The notes: a model not told the origin generated them from the sequence alone. A stretch of DNA of 64,000 nt from an uncultured Thermodesulfobacteriota bacterium (GCA_964594075.1 CAZQKW010000004.1:38171-102170); one strand, 5' to 3'. Positions 42,085 to 53,046 are shown, counted from the first letter of the stretch. Translations and numbers: made by a program.

Positions 42085-42364
42085 CAACTTTAGCACGGCT
42101 TGGCAATTCAAAAAGGTAAGACTGAATCCCGCATCACACCCTTAGTCCTATCACGTTTTTCAACAAGCCGATAAACGGTAACAGGTTTAATATGGTCGCA
42201 TAAAAAAATTCAATGTTTTTAATTATAGGTTTAACTTTATTAAATGCAAGGGCAAAATTTTTATTTTGTTTGTAATAAGAAGAAGAAAAATGGCCATAGA
42301 AAAAAATATATGTATTAAATCATCTTTTAGGAATTTTCCTGATTTCATCAATTCAAGGAAAGTG

Positions 42365-43855
42365 TTAATCAAAGGAACGGCTAAAAAGGGCGGCACCAGA
42401 ATCACTATATATTTGTTTCCAGCCAAATTCTTTATTCAAGGCGCCGGACAGTTTAGACCCATTTTTTATAAGTATCAAGTTGGGCGGATACCTGGTTAGA
42501 AAGTCCTTCCAGCCTCGCCGGCAAAAAATGAAATCAAAGTATTCTCTGGTTATGCGTTCCGGGTAAACCTGTTCATATCGACCATCAAGAGAAACACGAC
42601 AAAGGGGGTGCAGTTCCCAAATTAGATATTCTCCCCAATGAAACTCAGTTAATATGTTTCCGGACAACTCCTGTTCTTTGATATAATTAACTGCACCTGA
42701 TGGATAAAAAACGCTAAATTTTTTATCTTTATTTGGCTGCGAAGGAAGTGTCAGGCTCATGGGGTTCTGATTTATAATTTTTACCGTCAAAATGAGCGCC
42801 AACACTACAGCGCAAGCTGTGGGGGTTTTCCAGCCGATGCGATCCTGAATCCCTCTAATTAACACATCCGATTTCATTGCATTTAAAAAGTCTGACAGCC
42901 AGACCGGCATATAGGCACCGGCAAGCAACAGAAAAAAACAAATATGCCGTTGCTGTTTCAGCCCTAAAAAGAGGGTTAAACCTAAAACCAGATAGACTGT
43001 CAGTTCGCGCGGTTTACGCCATAATAATAGCAGGACTAAAAAAATAATTATGAACAGTATATAAATAATCGCGAAATTGTTTAATACGCCGTATTTGTAT
43101 CCCGCGTAAACAGAGAACCATTCGATTAGCTCTGGACGGGGCATTGGCAAAGATCGAGCAAAAAAACGCCAGTACTCAATGCCGTATGGATTTATAAGCG
43201 TTGCAAGAGATGAAAAGACGAGAACCATGACATACGGGACAAACGGTTTGCGGGCTATTGCTTCCCCTGCTGCATATAAAGCAAGCAGTCCAAGCCCAAC
43301 CAAGAAGCCGCCGTGCAGGTTACACCACAATATCTGAGTGGGAATTATCCACCATAAAATCTGCCATCGTCTTGTTGTTCGGGTAGTTTCCAACAAATAA
43401 AGCGTCACGGCAAAGAAAAAAAAAGTAAAAATCTGTGCTCTGACTGGACTGTACCCAAAATCAAGTATGCCGCCGATTGCAATTAAAATAAGTACGGCTG
43501 AATAGTAGTTGGCACCGCGTCTTACCGCAGTTAAAAATATAAACCCCATGGTTGCCAGCCCAATGCTGTATTTAAGCAACTGCAAGGCGGCAGCCCCAAA
43601 TTTCTGATACAGCGGGAAAAAAAGCACCCCGGTAAGCCACTCATGAAAAACCCACGTATCATGCGTCGGAAGGTAGGCAAAAATATCTTTATATGGGAAC
43701 TTGCCGGTTTCCCAGAACAGCCTTCCAAACGTCAGGTAGCCCCACAAGTCTACATCTGCGACTGTGTAAGTCAGAACATAGGCAGCAAACACCAGATACA
43801 ATAACGAGAGAACGGTTTTTTTAACTAAATCTATGAAGTTATTTCCAACCTGCAT
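42365..43855 (-). CDS. polytopic membrane protein, putative GT-C-type glycosyltransferase (family uncertain)
   Basis: About 12 TM helices, then a roughly 150-aa C-terminal soluble domain. Confidence 0.45.
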   Translation of the reverse strand: MQVGNNFIDLVKKTVLSLLYLVFAAYVLTYTVADVDLWGYLTFGRLFWETGKFPYKDIFAYLPTHDTWVFHEWLTGVLFFPLYQKFGAAALQLLKYSIGLATMGFIFLTAVRRGANYYSAVLILIAIGGILDFGYSPVRAQIFTFFFFAVTLYLLETTRTTRRWQILWWIIPTQILWCNLHGGFLVGLGLLALYAAGEAIARKPFVPYVMVLVFSSLATLINPYGIEYWRFFARSLPMPRPELIEWFSVYAGYKYGVLNNFAIIYILFIIIFLVLLLLWRKPRELTVYLVLGLTLFLGLKQQRHICFFLLLAGAYMPVWLSDFLNAMKSDVLIRGIQDRIGWKTPTACAVVLALILTVKIINQNPMSLTLPSQPNKDKKFSVFYPSGAVNYIKEQELSGNILTEFHWGEYLIWELHPLCRVSLDGRYEQVYPERITREYFDFIFCRRGWKDFLTRYPPNLILIKNGSKLSGALNKEFGWKQIYSDSGAALFSRSFD

Positions 43856-43903
43856 TTTCCTAAATTACCGGAAGAGTTTTACTGCGCATCAAAACAGACC
43901 GTG

Positions 43904-45559
43904 TTATGTCTCTATCTTATAAAGGAAGACTGCCATATACCAAATTCCCTGGCCAAACCTGTTACTACTCCCCCGAAAGGTGAAAGGCCAGCTCTTTTCT
44001 AGTCGCAGATAATTGGCAGTGCCACTGCCAAATAGCTTGTCCGCAAGCTGTTTCAGTTCTTTGTCCTCGCCATTCTCAATAAGGCCATGATTTACCAAAT
44101 AGGCAATACCCTGCTTTTTCAGCAGCTCTCCGGCGGTTCCATGTTTTAGGGCATTCGCATAAACTATGGAGTTTACCACCCCATCAATATTGATTATTTT
44201 CTGGGAGGTAAAATAGCCAATGACGCCTGCATCCCAGGATCCAAGAATGGCATTTGGGGACAGATTTTTTGAAATCCACTCGCCGGCTTTTTGATTAGTA
44301 ATGCACATGGAAAGGAATCGTGGATCAACCACACTCGAATTCATTGCAATCACACACAGAGCTAATGGCGCTGAGATGACCAATTTAACTTTTATCAGCG
44401 AAGATTTATGTGGTTGATACCGCAAATCATCCTTTCTGGCAGTGTTAAAGATATCAATGACAGCACATAAAAAGATGAGAAAAACATAGAGCACAAGGGG
44501 GCCAAAATACCAAAGCTGCGGAAAGACTTGCATAATGGTGTAATACACAATAATCAGACAGCAAAACACTGCAAACCACCACGTGCGATTGATAAATTGT
44601 CTTAGACAGGGGAAGTTCGTTTTATTCTTCTTTGCCGGCAGATTAAACCTTGAAGCATGTTGTGTAGGCAATTTGCCCCAGTTTTTAAAAAGCCTTCCGA
44701 TTATGCCGGAAAGGAGCAGGCCGACTGCAAGAACACCTGTCCTGCTGAGCGTTAAAGGAATGCGTTTTATTTCACCGCTAACCTGCCACGGACTTCCAAA
44801 GGTATTATAATTAAACAGAATAAATAGAACAACAGCAGCCACAGGCAGGATAAAAAGCTCTGCAAGGCGACCCAATGATTTGAACCCTAATGAGACTGCC
44901 TCAAGCAGACAACAGATTCCTAAACAAATTAATAATAATACGGCATCGGTCCGCGATAGAAAGCAAAGCATCCCTATTCCGCCCACTAGTATCCGCCAGC
45001 GTGGAGAAGTATCAGACAAAAACCTACTCTGTCTTATTATTGATTGGAATAGCAGAAAAGTATAACAGAGGGCATAAGCCGCTGATTCCAACCCATTTAC
45101 AAATGTTCTTAAAAATAAAGGGCTGGCAGCTAACATTGCAAACAAAACCCAGATTGTTCTAAATGCATTTTTTGAGCGCGATGCATATGCTGACGGATCT
45201 ATTTCAGGTTGGCTCTGTGAAATTATGATATTAATGATATGCCCCATTATCAAACAGACGCATAGCCACAGAATAATTTGGCCGGACAACAAAATGCGTA
45301 CTGCGGTCAGCCCATCGAAACCGAACCAGTAAACAGGAATACATATAAGCAACCAGAGAGGATGAAATCCATTGGTCGGATTTATTCTATCAAAAGTAAA
45401 GCCATATCCCTGCGCTACATTGCGGGCAATTTCAAAATAATAAAAAGCATCATCAAAACAGAGAACATACGGTGTATATTCCCAGAGCCAGATCGCCAAT
45501 AGCCATCCACAATAAAGTGAAAGTAAAATTAAATAAAATTTCTTAGTAAAGACTGTCAT
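43904..45559 (-). CDS. polytopic membrane protein, putative GT-C-type glycosyltransferase (paralogous architecture to upstream gene)
   Basis: N-terminal DDAFYYFEIARNVAQGYGFTFD-like first-loop motif as in the ArnT/PMT/PglL class, many TM helices, and a C-terminal soluble domain. Confidence 0.5.
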   Translation of the reverse strand: MTVFTKKFYLILLSLYCGWLLAIWLWEYTPYVLCFDDAFYYFEIARNVAQGYGFTFDRINPTNGFHPLWLLICIPVYWFGFDGLTAVRILLSGQIILWLCVCLIMGHIINIIISQSQPEIDPSAYASRSKNAFRTIWVLFAMLAASPLFLRTFVNGLESAAYALCYTFLLFQSIIRQSRFLSDTSPRWRILVGGIGMLCFLSRTDAVLLLICLGICCLLEAVSLGFKSLGRLAELFILPVAAVVLFILFNYNTFGSPWQVSGEIKRIPLTLSRTGVLAVGLLLSGIIGRLFKNWGKLPTQHASRFNLPAKKNKTNFPCLRQFINRTWWFAVFCCLIIVYYTIMQVFPQLWYFGPLVLYVFLIFLCAVIDIFNTARKDDLRYQPHKSSLIKVKLVISAPLALCVIAMNSSVVDPRFLSMCITNQKAGEWISKNLSPNAILGSWDAGVIGYFTSQKIINIDGVVNSIVYANALKHGTAGELLKKQGIAYLVNHGLIENGEDKELKQLADKLFGSGTANYLRLEKSWPFTFRGSSNRFGQGIWYMAVFLYKIET

Positions 45560-45713
45560 AAATTATAGTGAACTATTTATTTAATCATCCAGAAATAAAA
45601 GGCAGAACCATTGCTGACTCTGCCTCGTTCTTTTTTTGTCCTACCTCTTTACCTTTTAATCAATCCACATTTTTCGACCTACCTTACCAAAGCACGCATA
45701 ACGATTACCCTGT

Positions 45714-47105
45714 TTAACACTCCGGTTCACACTGGGGCTGGCCGCAGCCGCCGCAACCGGGGTCAACGTCGCACACATCGCCAACGCCGTCGTTATCCGC
45801 ATCCATTTGTTGCGCATTGCAGTTATCCGGGCAATTGTCGCAGCTATCGGGCACGCCGTCACCGTCCCGGTCTGGAAACACACAGTCACCCAGAGCAAAC
45901 GGGGTGGCAGGAGGAATAATAACATCCACCGGAAGGGAACTGTCAATTATTGTATTATTGCCAAGCTGCCCTTCAGAATTATCGCCCCAGGTTTTCATGG
46001 TGCAGCCCGCAGGAATCGCCGCAGTATGAAAATTTCCGGCGCCAATGCTGATGGCAGCGCCGATGTTCAAAACCGCTACCGGCACTTTTCTCAAGGTCTG
46101 GGTGCCGTCGCCAAGCTGGCCATCGGAATTCAGACCCCAGGCCCATACCGTGCAGTCGCTCCTGAGCGCTGCTGAATGATACTTTCCCGCAGCGACCGCC
46201 TCGACATTACTTAACGTGCTGACTTTTACTGGCATGGTTTTATTGGTGAGGGAATTGATGCCAAGCTGCCCGCTTTCATTGAGCCCCCATGCCCAGACGG
46301 TTTTGTCAGCCTTGATAGCCAGATTATGCCACCCGCCGGCTGCAAGCGCCACAACGCCGGTAAAGCCACCGCCGCCGGCATCAAGGACCTGCACCGGAGC
46401 TAATCGGGTAGTGGTGGTATTGTCTCCAAGCTGTCCGTATTTATTAACACCCCATGCCCAGACCGTGCCGTCGCTTTTAAGCGCAATGCTGTGAAATGTG
46501 CCGGCACCTATTGCTACGACCCCGCTCAGCCCGCTCACCTGAGTTGCTTTGGTTTTGTCTCGGGTTGACCCGATGCCAAGCTGCCCATAATTATTGCGTC
46601 CCCACGCCCAAACCGTGCCGTCACTCTTTAATGCCAGCGAGTGATATTCGCCGCCTGCGATCGCAACCACCCCGCTCAAACTGCTTACGACCACCGGTGT
46701 TGTTTTGTCTTTTGTGGTGCCGTCGCCAAGCTGCCCATAAAGATTTGATCCCCATGCGCGGACGGTGCCATCGCTTTTAAGCGCCAGCGTGTGAAATGAA
46801 CCGGCAGCAACTGCGACAACACTGGTCAAACCGCTCACCTGCACGGGTGTCAGTTTGTCTATGACTGTCCCGTCGCCAAGCTGGCCGGAGGCATTTGCAC
46901 CCCACGCCCAGACCGTGCCGTCGCTTTTAATGCTTACTGTGTGCCATTCCCCGCCTTCCATCATGGGCTCTGACTGCGCCCATGCCGGGCCGGCTGCAAA
47001 AATGCCCAGCACGAAATAAAAGGACATGATTATGCAGCACATTGTTTTTAGTTGAATGGACCTGCTATGTTTCATAAACGGTGCCCTCCTTTGAAAGGGG
47101 TACAT
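45714..47105 (-). CDS. secreted RCC1-repeat beta-propeller protein with C-terminal thrombospondin type-3 Ca-binding repeats
   Basis: Seven units of AWGxNxYGQLGDGT (RCC1). C-terminus DRDGDGVPDSCDNCPDNCNAQQMDADNDGVGDVCD (TSP3-like). Has a signal peptide. Confidence 0.8.
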   Translation of the reverse strand: MYPFQRRAPFMKHSRSIQLKTMCCIIMSFYFVLGIFAAGPAWAQSEPMMEGGEWHTVSIKSDGTVWAWGANASGQLGDGTVIDKLTPVQVSGLTSVVAVAAGSFHTLALKSDGTVRAWGSNLYGQLGDGTTKDKTTPVVVSSLSGVVAIAGGEYHSLALKSDGTVWAWGRNNYGQLGIGSTRDKTKATQVSGLSGVVAIGAGTFHSIALKSDGTVWAWGVNKYGQLGDNTTTTRLAPVQVLDAGGGGFTGVVALAAGGWHNLAIKADKTVWAWGLNESGQLGINSLTNKTMPVKVSTLSNVEAVAAGKYHSAALRSDCTVWAWGLNSDGQLGDGTQTLRKVPVAVLNIGAAISIGAGNFHTAAIPAGCTMKTWGDNSEGQLGNNTIIDSSLPVDVIIPPATPFALGDCVFPDRDGDGVPDSCDNCPDNCNAQQMDADNDGVGDVCDVDPGCGGCGQPQCEPEC

Positions 47106-47156
47106 AAAGATTGCGGTATTGTTGAGGTGTTGAGTTCTCCATTGGTTGCTAACTCA

Positions 47157-47222
47157 AGATTCTTCGCTGCGCTCAGAATGATAAGTATTATCCCGGAGAT
47201 TCTTCGCTGCGCTCAGAATGAC
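47157..47222. repeat. REP-like element, two direct copies 15 bp apart
   Basis: AGATTCTTCGCTGCGCTCAGAATGA occurs twice. Confidence 0.7.
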
Positions 47223-47361
47223 CAAAAGGCAATGAAGGGAAAGCAATTTTGGGTTTTGTTCATTATACGCCTGTTGCTTTACTATGGTCAAATGTAATCT
47301 TGGCAGGTCTTTGCCACTATCAGCATCAAATAACAGGTTTTGAGAGGCTCATGCGGGCACT

Positions 47362-49422
47362 CTATCCCGCCGACCCCAGGGAAAACATGCTCTGCTTTTG
47401 CTCCATGATTTTTTTAACTTCCTGCAGGAGCGAATTCAAACTGAACGGTTTGAAGAGAATGCCGTCAGCAGTTGCCTTTAACATATCCGTTCCATCAGTA
47501 TGGCCCGTGGTAATGAGAATGCGCACACACGGATCAATGCCGCGCAGACACTTCATACATGATTTACCGTCCATGACCGGCATGGACATGTCAAGCATCA
47601 CCAGATCAATCCCGTTGCCGTTTTCCCGAAGTTTTTTATACAGCTCTATCGCTTCCTGACCATTGGCAGCCTCGCTCACCTGATACCCTGCTGTGGACAG
47701 CAATTCCTTTGCTATTTCGCGCAATTGCGGCTCGTCATCAACCACCAGTATGTGTTCGCCGGCCCCGACCGCGTTAAAACTTTCAATTTCCGGGGCGACT
47801 TCTTCTTCATACACTTCTTCCTCAACCGGCAGATATATTTTAAAACAGGTTCCCCTGTGGAGTTCGCTTTCGACCGCAATATGCCCGCCATAATTCTTGA
47901 TTATGGAATATACAATGGCCAGTCCCAGGCCGGTTCCTTTTCCCGGTTCTTTAGTGGTGAAAAACGGATCAAAGATATGTTCCATGACATACTCCGACAT
48001 GCCTTTCCCCGTATCCACGACTTCGATGAGGACATAGTGCCCGGGGTGCTGCAGGGAGTTGGCCATGCAGTAGGATTCATCAAGCTCTGTGCGCCTGGTT
48101 CTAATGGTCAGTGCGCCGCCGTCAGGCATGGCATCGCGGGCATTGACCGCAAGATTGAGCAGCACCTGTTCAAGCTGATTGCTTTCCGCCCGGATAAACG
48201 GCAGATGGGGCTGGAGGTCTATGTTCAGTTCAATCTGCGGAGGAAGCGTCTGCCGGAGGAGGCGATGCATGCCGTCCACCAAATGTTTTATTTTCACCAG
48301 CTTCATTTCCCCGGTTTCGGAGCGGGAGAAGGCAAGCATTTTGCGGGTCAGACCGGCTGCCCGTTGACAGCTTACGTCAATGTCATCAATATAGACCGAG
48401 AGCGGATTATCCGTTTCAATCTTCATTTTCATAAGCTGCACATAACCCTGAATGGCTGCCAGGATGTTGTTAAACTCATGCGCCATGCCGGCTGCCAGCG
48501 TTCCGACTGCTTCCAGCTTCTGGGAGCGTTGCAGTTGGATCTGCAGTTGCTCTTTTTCGGTTATGTCCTGCAGGGTTTCAATGGCGCCGATGACGTTGCC
48601 CTTTTCATCACGCAGCCGCGCAGCCAGAAAGTAGATATTTTTCTTGACTACCCCGCCGATGGTCAACTGGTCTGCGGCTTCATACGCCTCTGCTATGGCA
48701 TGGCTGCGAAACAGCTTTTTTTCGCGGTAAAATTGCTGCAGGGCATTTTCGTCCATATCAAGAACCAGATCGGCAAGCGCCGGCATGTTTTCATTCTGAT
48801 AAAATATCTGACGGTTCAGGGGCCTGCCCAGTGCCACCTGTTTGATGATACCGGTCAGGTTTTCGCAGGCGCGATTCCAGACCACGACATTATGGTCCAA
48901 GTCAATAACAAAGGTAGGAATCGGGCTTCCATCAAGAATAATTTCCAGTCGCTGCCGCTCCTTGATAACCGCTGCCTCGGCGCTACGGCGCTCGGCGATT
49001 TCCTGCTGCAGTTTATCCGTTAACTCCAGCAGTTCCATGGTGCGCTCCTGAACCCGGCTCTCCAATACCTGATTCACGCGTTTAATTTCCTGATCTTTCT
49101 GCCAGGTGGCGCCAATGGTAGAAGCAAACTCATGGGCAAGAATGCCCAGTTCGTCACGCCGTTTGACCGAGATAATGGCGTCAATGGCTTCCCGTTTGCC
49201 TAAGCGTGATTGGATGGAAAATTTAGTGATGAGATTGGTCAGGGTGATAATGGGACTGATGATAACATGATAAAATATTAAAAAAAGCGCTGCCGAGAGA
49301 AACAGCCCGACGCCCAAAACCGGACCAGCGAGATATAATTTTTTATATAAGAAGCCAATACCAGCTAAATATAATATAAAATTAATGCAAATTATTATGA
49401 TAAGTTTTTGTCTCAGTTTCAA
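47362..49422 (-). CDS. hybrid sensor histidine kinase (TM/HAMP, PAS, HisKA, HATPase_c, C-terminal receiver)
   Basis: H-box [14 protein letters not shown]-box GTGLGLAIV and a C-terminal REC domain (VVDDEP...[11 protein letters not shown]). Confidence 0.85.
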   Translation of the reverse strand: MKLRQKLIIIICINFILYLAGIGFLYKKLYLAGPVLGVGLFLSAALFLIFYHVIISPIITLTNLITKFSIQSRLGKREAIDAIISVKRRDELGILAHEFASTIGATWQKDQEIKRVNQVLESRVQERTMELLELTDKLQQEIAERRSAEAAVIKERQRLEIILDGSPIPTFVIDLDHNVVVWNRACENLTGIIKQVALGRPLNRQIFYQNENMPALADLVLDMDENALQQFYREKKLFRSHAIAEAYEAADQLTIGGVVKKNIYFLAARLRDEKGNVIGAIETLQDITEKEQLQIQLQRSQKLEAVGTLAAGMAHEFNNILAAIQGYVQLMKMKIETDNPLSVYIDDIDVSCQRAAGLTRKMLAFSRSETGEMKLVKIKHLVDGMHRLLRQTLPPQIELNIDLQPHLPFIRAESNQLEQVLLNLAVNARDAMPDGGALTIRTRRTELDESYCMANSLQHPGHYVLIEVVDTGKGMSEYVMEHIFDPFFTTKEPGKGTGLGLAIVYSIIKNYGGHIAVESELHRGTCFKIYLPVEEEVYEEEVAPEIESFNAVGAGEHILVVDDEPQLREIAKELLSTAGYQVSEAANGQEAIELYKKLRENGNGIDLVMLDMSMPVMDGKSCMKCLRGIDPCVRILITTGHTDGTDMLKATADGILFKPFSLNSLLQEVKKIMEQKQSMFSLGSAG

Positions 49423-49514
49423 AACATTAAACCTTTTAAAATGGCCATAATTTGTTAAGATAATTTGAATAAATTTCTTGTCTAACTTTCGGTTTTTATT
49501 TAGAATTCTTTAGA

Positions 49515-51056
49515 ATGAAGGCTTTTGCTCACTTCACCATCAGACAAAAACTTGCCGCCGGCTATGCGGTGATGTTTCTGTCGGTGCTTACCATAAGTGT
49601 TTATGCGGTCATTCAGCTCAACCGTTTTGATCGTTTGATAAACACTGCCCTGAGCGTTGATTCGGAAATACTAAAGAATGCAGAGTATCTCATGAACTCG
49701 CTGCTCACGCAGGCGAGCAATAATCAAAAATACATGATAACCGGCGACGCTGCCTTCAAGCGGCTGTTTGGCGAAAATGCTGAAGAATTCCTGAAGCGGC
49801 TGGATGCACTGGAGGGGCGGGCGCAGACTGATCAGCAAAGAGAGGCGATCGCTGCCATACGGACATCATACCAGCGGTATGCCGCGCTGGTAAACAAGGA
49901 GTTCCAGACCGAGGGCTTTCTCAACAGAACACCCGACAGCACCAAGCAGGAATTAATTGCCGAGATCAGCACTGCCATTGGGAAGCTGAATGAAATCACC
50001 CAGCGCGTGCTTGACCGCAAAATGCTCTACTCGCAGCAGGTGACCAAGACCGGCACCAGAATCGCCCTGCTGTTCACTATTATTGCGGTTGCCGCCGGCA
50101 TCGGGTTCGGCATCATTATCATTCAGTCGCTGTATAATCCGCTGCGCAGATTAAAAGAAGGCACACAGGACATATCTCGCGGAAATTTCAATGCCAGGAT
50201 TCCGATTGAAAGCCGCGATGAACTGGGAGAACTGTCTGCGGCATTTAATCAGATGTGCGACCGTCTGCGCGAGCTTGATCAATTGAAGTCGGATTTCATT
50301 GCCAATATTACCCATGATCTGAAAACCCCGCTTGCCTCAATCACCGAGGCTACCCAACTGCTGCGTGAGGGCGTGGGGGGCGCAGTTTCTCCTGAGCAGC
50401 AGCACCTGCTGCAGATCATACAGGAAGATGCTGCTCGGCTGATACGGCTGATTGAAGGCATGATAGATTTAACCAAAATGGAATCAGGGCTGGTGCAGTA
50501 TAATTTCATACGTGCCGACATAGCGCCGGTTATTGCTGAGGCAGTTGAAGCCATGCAGCTTCTTGCGGAAAGCAAACGCATTACACTTACTGCAACGGTT
50601 GCGCCGGGCGTACCAAAGTTGCTGATTGACCGGGAGAAGCTGGGCCAAGCCTTGATTAACCTGTTGAGTAATGCTATAAAATTCACGCCCGCGGGAGGCA
50701 CAGTCTGCATAAAAGCACAGAGAGTGAACGGTGAAGAAAAATCAGTGAACAGTGAGCAGTATGCAGTGAATAGTAACGGTGCTGATGCTCAGGACGAGGA
50801 TTTTGTGGAAATTTCTGTGGCGGATACCGGCATGGGCATCGCGGCCGAGGATTTGCCGAAAATTTTTGACAAATTTTTTCAGGGACGCGGCGGCACACAG
50901 CAGAAAGGCTCCGGCTTGGGACTGGCAATCGCCCAGCATATCATTCAGGCGCATGGGGGCAGCATCCGCGCCGCAAGTGAACACGCCCAGGGCGCCACAT
51001 TCTATATTTTACTGCCGGTTCCCAAACCGCCGGCAGACATGAGCGCCGCTGCCTGA
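49515..51056 (+). CDS. sensor histidine kinase (TM, HAMP, HisKA, HATPase_c)
   Basis: H-box FIANITHDLKTPL and G-box GSGLGLAIAQHII. Confidence 0.85.
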   Translation: MKAFAHFTIRQKLAAGYAVMFLSVLTISVYAVIQLNRFDRLINTALSVDSEILKNAEYLMNSLLTQASNNQKYMITGDAAFKRLFGENAEEFLKRLDALEGRAQTDQQREAIAAIRTSYQRYAALVNKEFQTEGFLNRTPDSTKQELIAEISTAIGKLNEITQRVLDRKMLYSQQVTKTGTRIALLFTIIAVAAGIGFGIIIIQSLYNPLRRLKEGTQDISRGNFNARIPIESRDELGELSAAFNQMCDRLRELDQLKSDFIANITHDLKTPLASITEATQLLREGVGGAVSPEQQHLLQIIQEDAARLIRLIEGMIDLTKMESGLVQYNFIRADIAPVIAEAVEAMQLLAESKRITLTATVAPGVPKLLIDREKLGQALINLLSNAIKFTPAGGTVCIKAQRVNGEEKSVNSEQYAVNSNGADAQDEDFVEISVADTGMGIAAEDLPKIFDKFFQGRGGTQQKGSGLGLAIAQHIIQAHGGSIRAASEHAQGATFYILLPVPKPPADMSAAA

Positions 51057-51086
51057 GCACGGCGGCGGATAAGAGGAATCACATTA

Positions 51087-51668
51087 ATGACCAGATTCAC
51101 CGGGCGATGCGTTTACCGTCTGTGCCGGGTGGTTATACCCGGGCTTTTTATCTGCCTCATGAGCGGCTGCAGTTCTGTTGCCTATCTTGCTGCGCCCCGC
51201 GATCAGCAGCTTTCCGCAGATATTGAGCACACCTACCGTCAGGGAGCGTATCAGCAGTCCCTTGCGCACTGTGAAGCGCTCATCCACGATTTTCCGGGCA
51301 GCCCCTTTTATGCCCAGGCGCTGCTGTATGCAGGCCTTAACAGCCTGCAACTGCATTACCTTGACGACGACTACCGCAGCGCGCTGCGCTATTTTGAACA
51401 GGTTAAAGAGAAGGTTCCCGACAGCCCGCAGGCTGACCAGGCACAAGCGTGGATTGCAGTGCTGTCGCGCGCGCTTCAGGTTAAGCAGGACCTGCTGAAC
51501 GCAGAGGCGTTGAATGCCCGCTTCCGGCAGTCGCTCGATGAGAAAGACCGGCGCCTGGTGAAACTGAAAACCGAAAGCGAAAAGCTTAAAAAAGAAATCG
51601 AGCTGCTGAAAAAAGTTGACCTGCAAATGCACCAGCAAAAAAGGGACATGAGCAATGCCGGAAGATAG
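51087..51668 (+). CDS. TPR-like lipoprotein between the kinase and the regulator
   Basis: Lipobox LMSGC, TPR-like helices and a C-terminal coiled coil. The stop overlaps the response regulator start by 14 nt. Confidence 0.55.
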   Translation: MTRFTGRCVYRLCRVVIPGLFICLMSGCSSVAYLAAPRDQQLSADIEHTYRQGAYQQSLAHCEALIHDFPGSPFYAQALLYAGLNSLQLHYLDDDYRSALRYFEQVKEKVPDSPQADQAQAWIAVLSRALQVKQDLLNAEALNARFRQSLDEKDRRLVKLKTESEKLKKEIELLKKVDLQMHQQKRDMSNAGR

Positions 51669-53046
51669 TAACGACAATCGGGCAAAAATTCTGGTGGTGG
51701 ATGATGAGCCCAATATCCGGGACCTGATAAAAATACGGCTGACGTCCCTGGGCTATGATGTCATTGAGGCAGCGACCGGTGCGGAAGCCCGTGCCGCAGC
51801 CGCACAGGCGGTTCTGGATTTGGCAATCATAGATTTGAAGCTGGGAGAGACAGAAGACGGGCTGCAGGTCATGGAACAGCTTTTCCTGATAAATCCGCAG
51901 ATCCCGGTTATCATACTTACCGCGCACGGCAGCATTGAAAATGCTGTGGCGGCGATTAAAAAAGGGGCCTACAGCTACCTCACCAAGCCTTACAAGCCGG
52001 AGGAATTGACGCTGCAGGTAAAAAACGCCCTGGAAAAGCAGCGCCTGACCAAAGAAATCACCATTCTGAAAGGCATGCTGCAGGAGCGCTTTGCGGTAAA
52101 AAATATCATCGGCAAAAGCCCCCAGATGCAGGAAATTTTAAGCCAGGTGGAGCGCGCCGCCCAAACCGATGCAACCATCATGCTGTATGGGGAGAGCGGC
52201 ACCGGCAAAGAACTGATTGCCCAGATTATTCATCTTCAGAGCCGCCGCTCGCGCGGCCCGTTTGTTGCCATCAATTGCGGCGCAATTCCCGAAGGCCTGT
52301 TGGAAAATGAGCTGTTTGGGCATACCCGGGGAGCCTATACCGATGCCCGCGAAACCAAGATAGGCCTCTTCACGCAGGCTGACAAGGGCACCCTGCTGCT
52401 GGATGAAATCGGTGACACCAGCCCGGCGCTGCAGATAAAACTGCTCCGGGTGCTGCAGGAAAAGGAATTTAAACCATTGGGCGGGGAACGGCCGGTTAAG
52501 GTTGATGTGCGCATCATTGCCGCATCAAATAAAAATCTGCAGGAGGCGGTGGCGCGGGGAACATTCCGCGAAGATCTTTTCTACCGAATTCACGTTGTGC
52601 CGATCTACCTGCCCCCTCTGCGCGACCGTAAGGAGGACATCCCGCCGCTGGTAGAACATTTTATTAAACAATACAGCAAGGAACTGGGCAAAGAAGTCAA
52701 GGGACTGACCCCTGCCGCCATGCAGAAACTGATGCTTTATCACTGGCCGGGCAATATTCGCGAGCTTAAAAATGTGCTCGAACGGGCGGTCATTCTGACC
52801 AGCCACAACCTTATTGATGAACAAGATTTGCAGCATATGACACACCCTGCAGGCGGAACGGCTGACCGGGCGATATATCGGTCGTTTAAACAGGCAAAAG
52901 AGGAATTTGAGAAGGGTTATGTGATTCAGCTCTTAACCCAGACGCGGGGTAATGTGGTGCAGGCGGCGAAACTGGCGCAGCGCTATCGGGGAGATTTATA
53001 CCGGCTCATGAAAAAATACGGTTTGAAAGCAGAGGATTTTAAATAA
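51655..53046 (+). CDS. sigma-54-dependent response regulator (NtrC family: REC + AAA+ + Fis-type HTH)
   Basis: REC domain VVDDEP...D, Walker A GESGTGKE, GAFTGA-region ELFGHTRGAYTDA and a C-terminal HTH. Confidence 0.9.
   Translation: MPEDSNDNRAKILVVDDEPNIRDLIKIRLTSLGYDVIEAATGAEARAAAAQAVLDLAIIDLKLGETEDGLQVMEQLFLINPQIPVIILTAHGSIENAVAAIKKGAYSYLTKPYKPEELTLQVKNALEKQRLTKEITILKGMLQERFAVKNIIGKSPQMQEILSQVERAAQTDATIMLYGESGTGKELIAQIIHLQSRRSRGPFVAINCGAIPEGLLENELFGHTRGAYTDARETKIGLFTQADKGTLLLDEIGDTSPALQIKLLRVLQEKEFKPLGGERPVKVDVRIIAASNKNLQEAVARGTFREDLFYRIHVVPIYLPPLRDRKEDIPPLVEHFIKQYSKELGKEVKGLTPAAMQKLMLYHWPGNIRELKNVLERAVILTSHNLIDEQDLQHMTHPAGGTADRAIYRSFKQAKEEFEKGYVIQLLTQTRGNVVQAAKLAQRYRGDLYRLMKKYGLKAEDFK

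Noticed and set aside
41665-42300. Possible sigma54 promoter upstream of flp
   Set aside because: I looked on the minus strand for TGGCAC-N5-TTGC. Only TGGCAAGAAACATTTT was found, which lacks the -12 GC element, so no promoter is called.
47725-49023. 432-aa plus-strand ORF
   Set aside because: It lies entirely antisense to the well-supported hybrid histidine kinase (47362..49422) and is a shadow ORF.
51178-51927. Overlapping ORFs on both strands inside the lipoprotein/regulator region
   Set aside because: They are shorter alternatives overlapping well-supported genes (TPR lipoprotein, sigma54 regulator).
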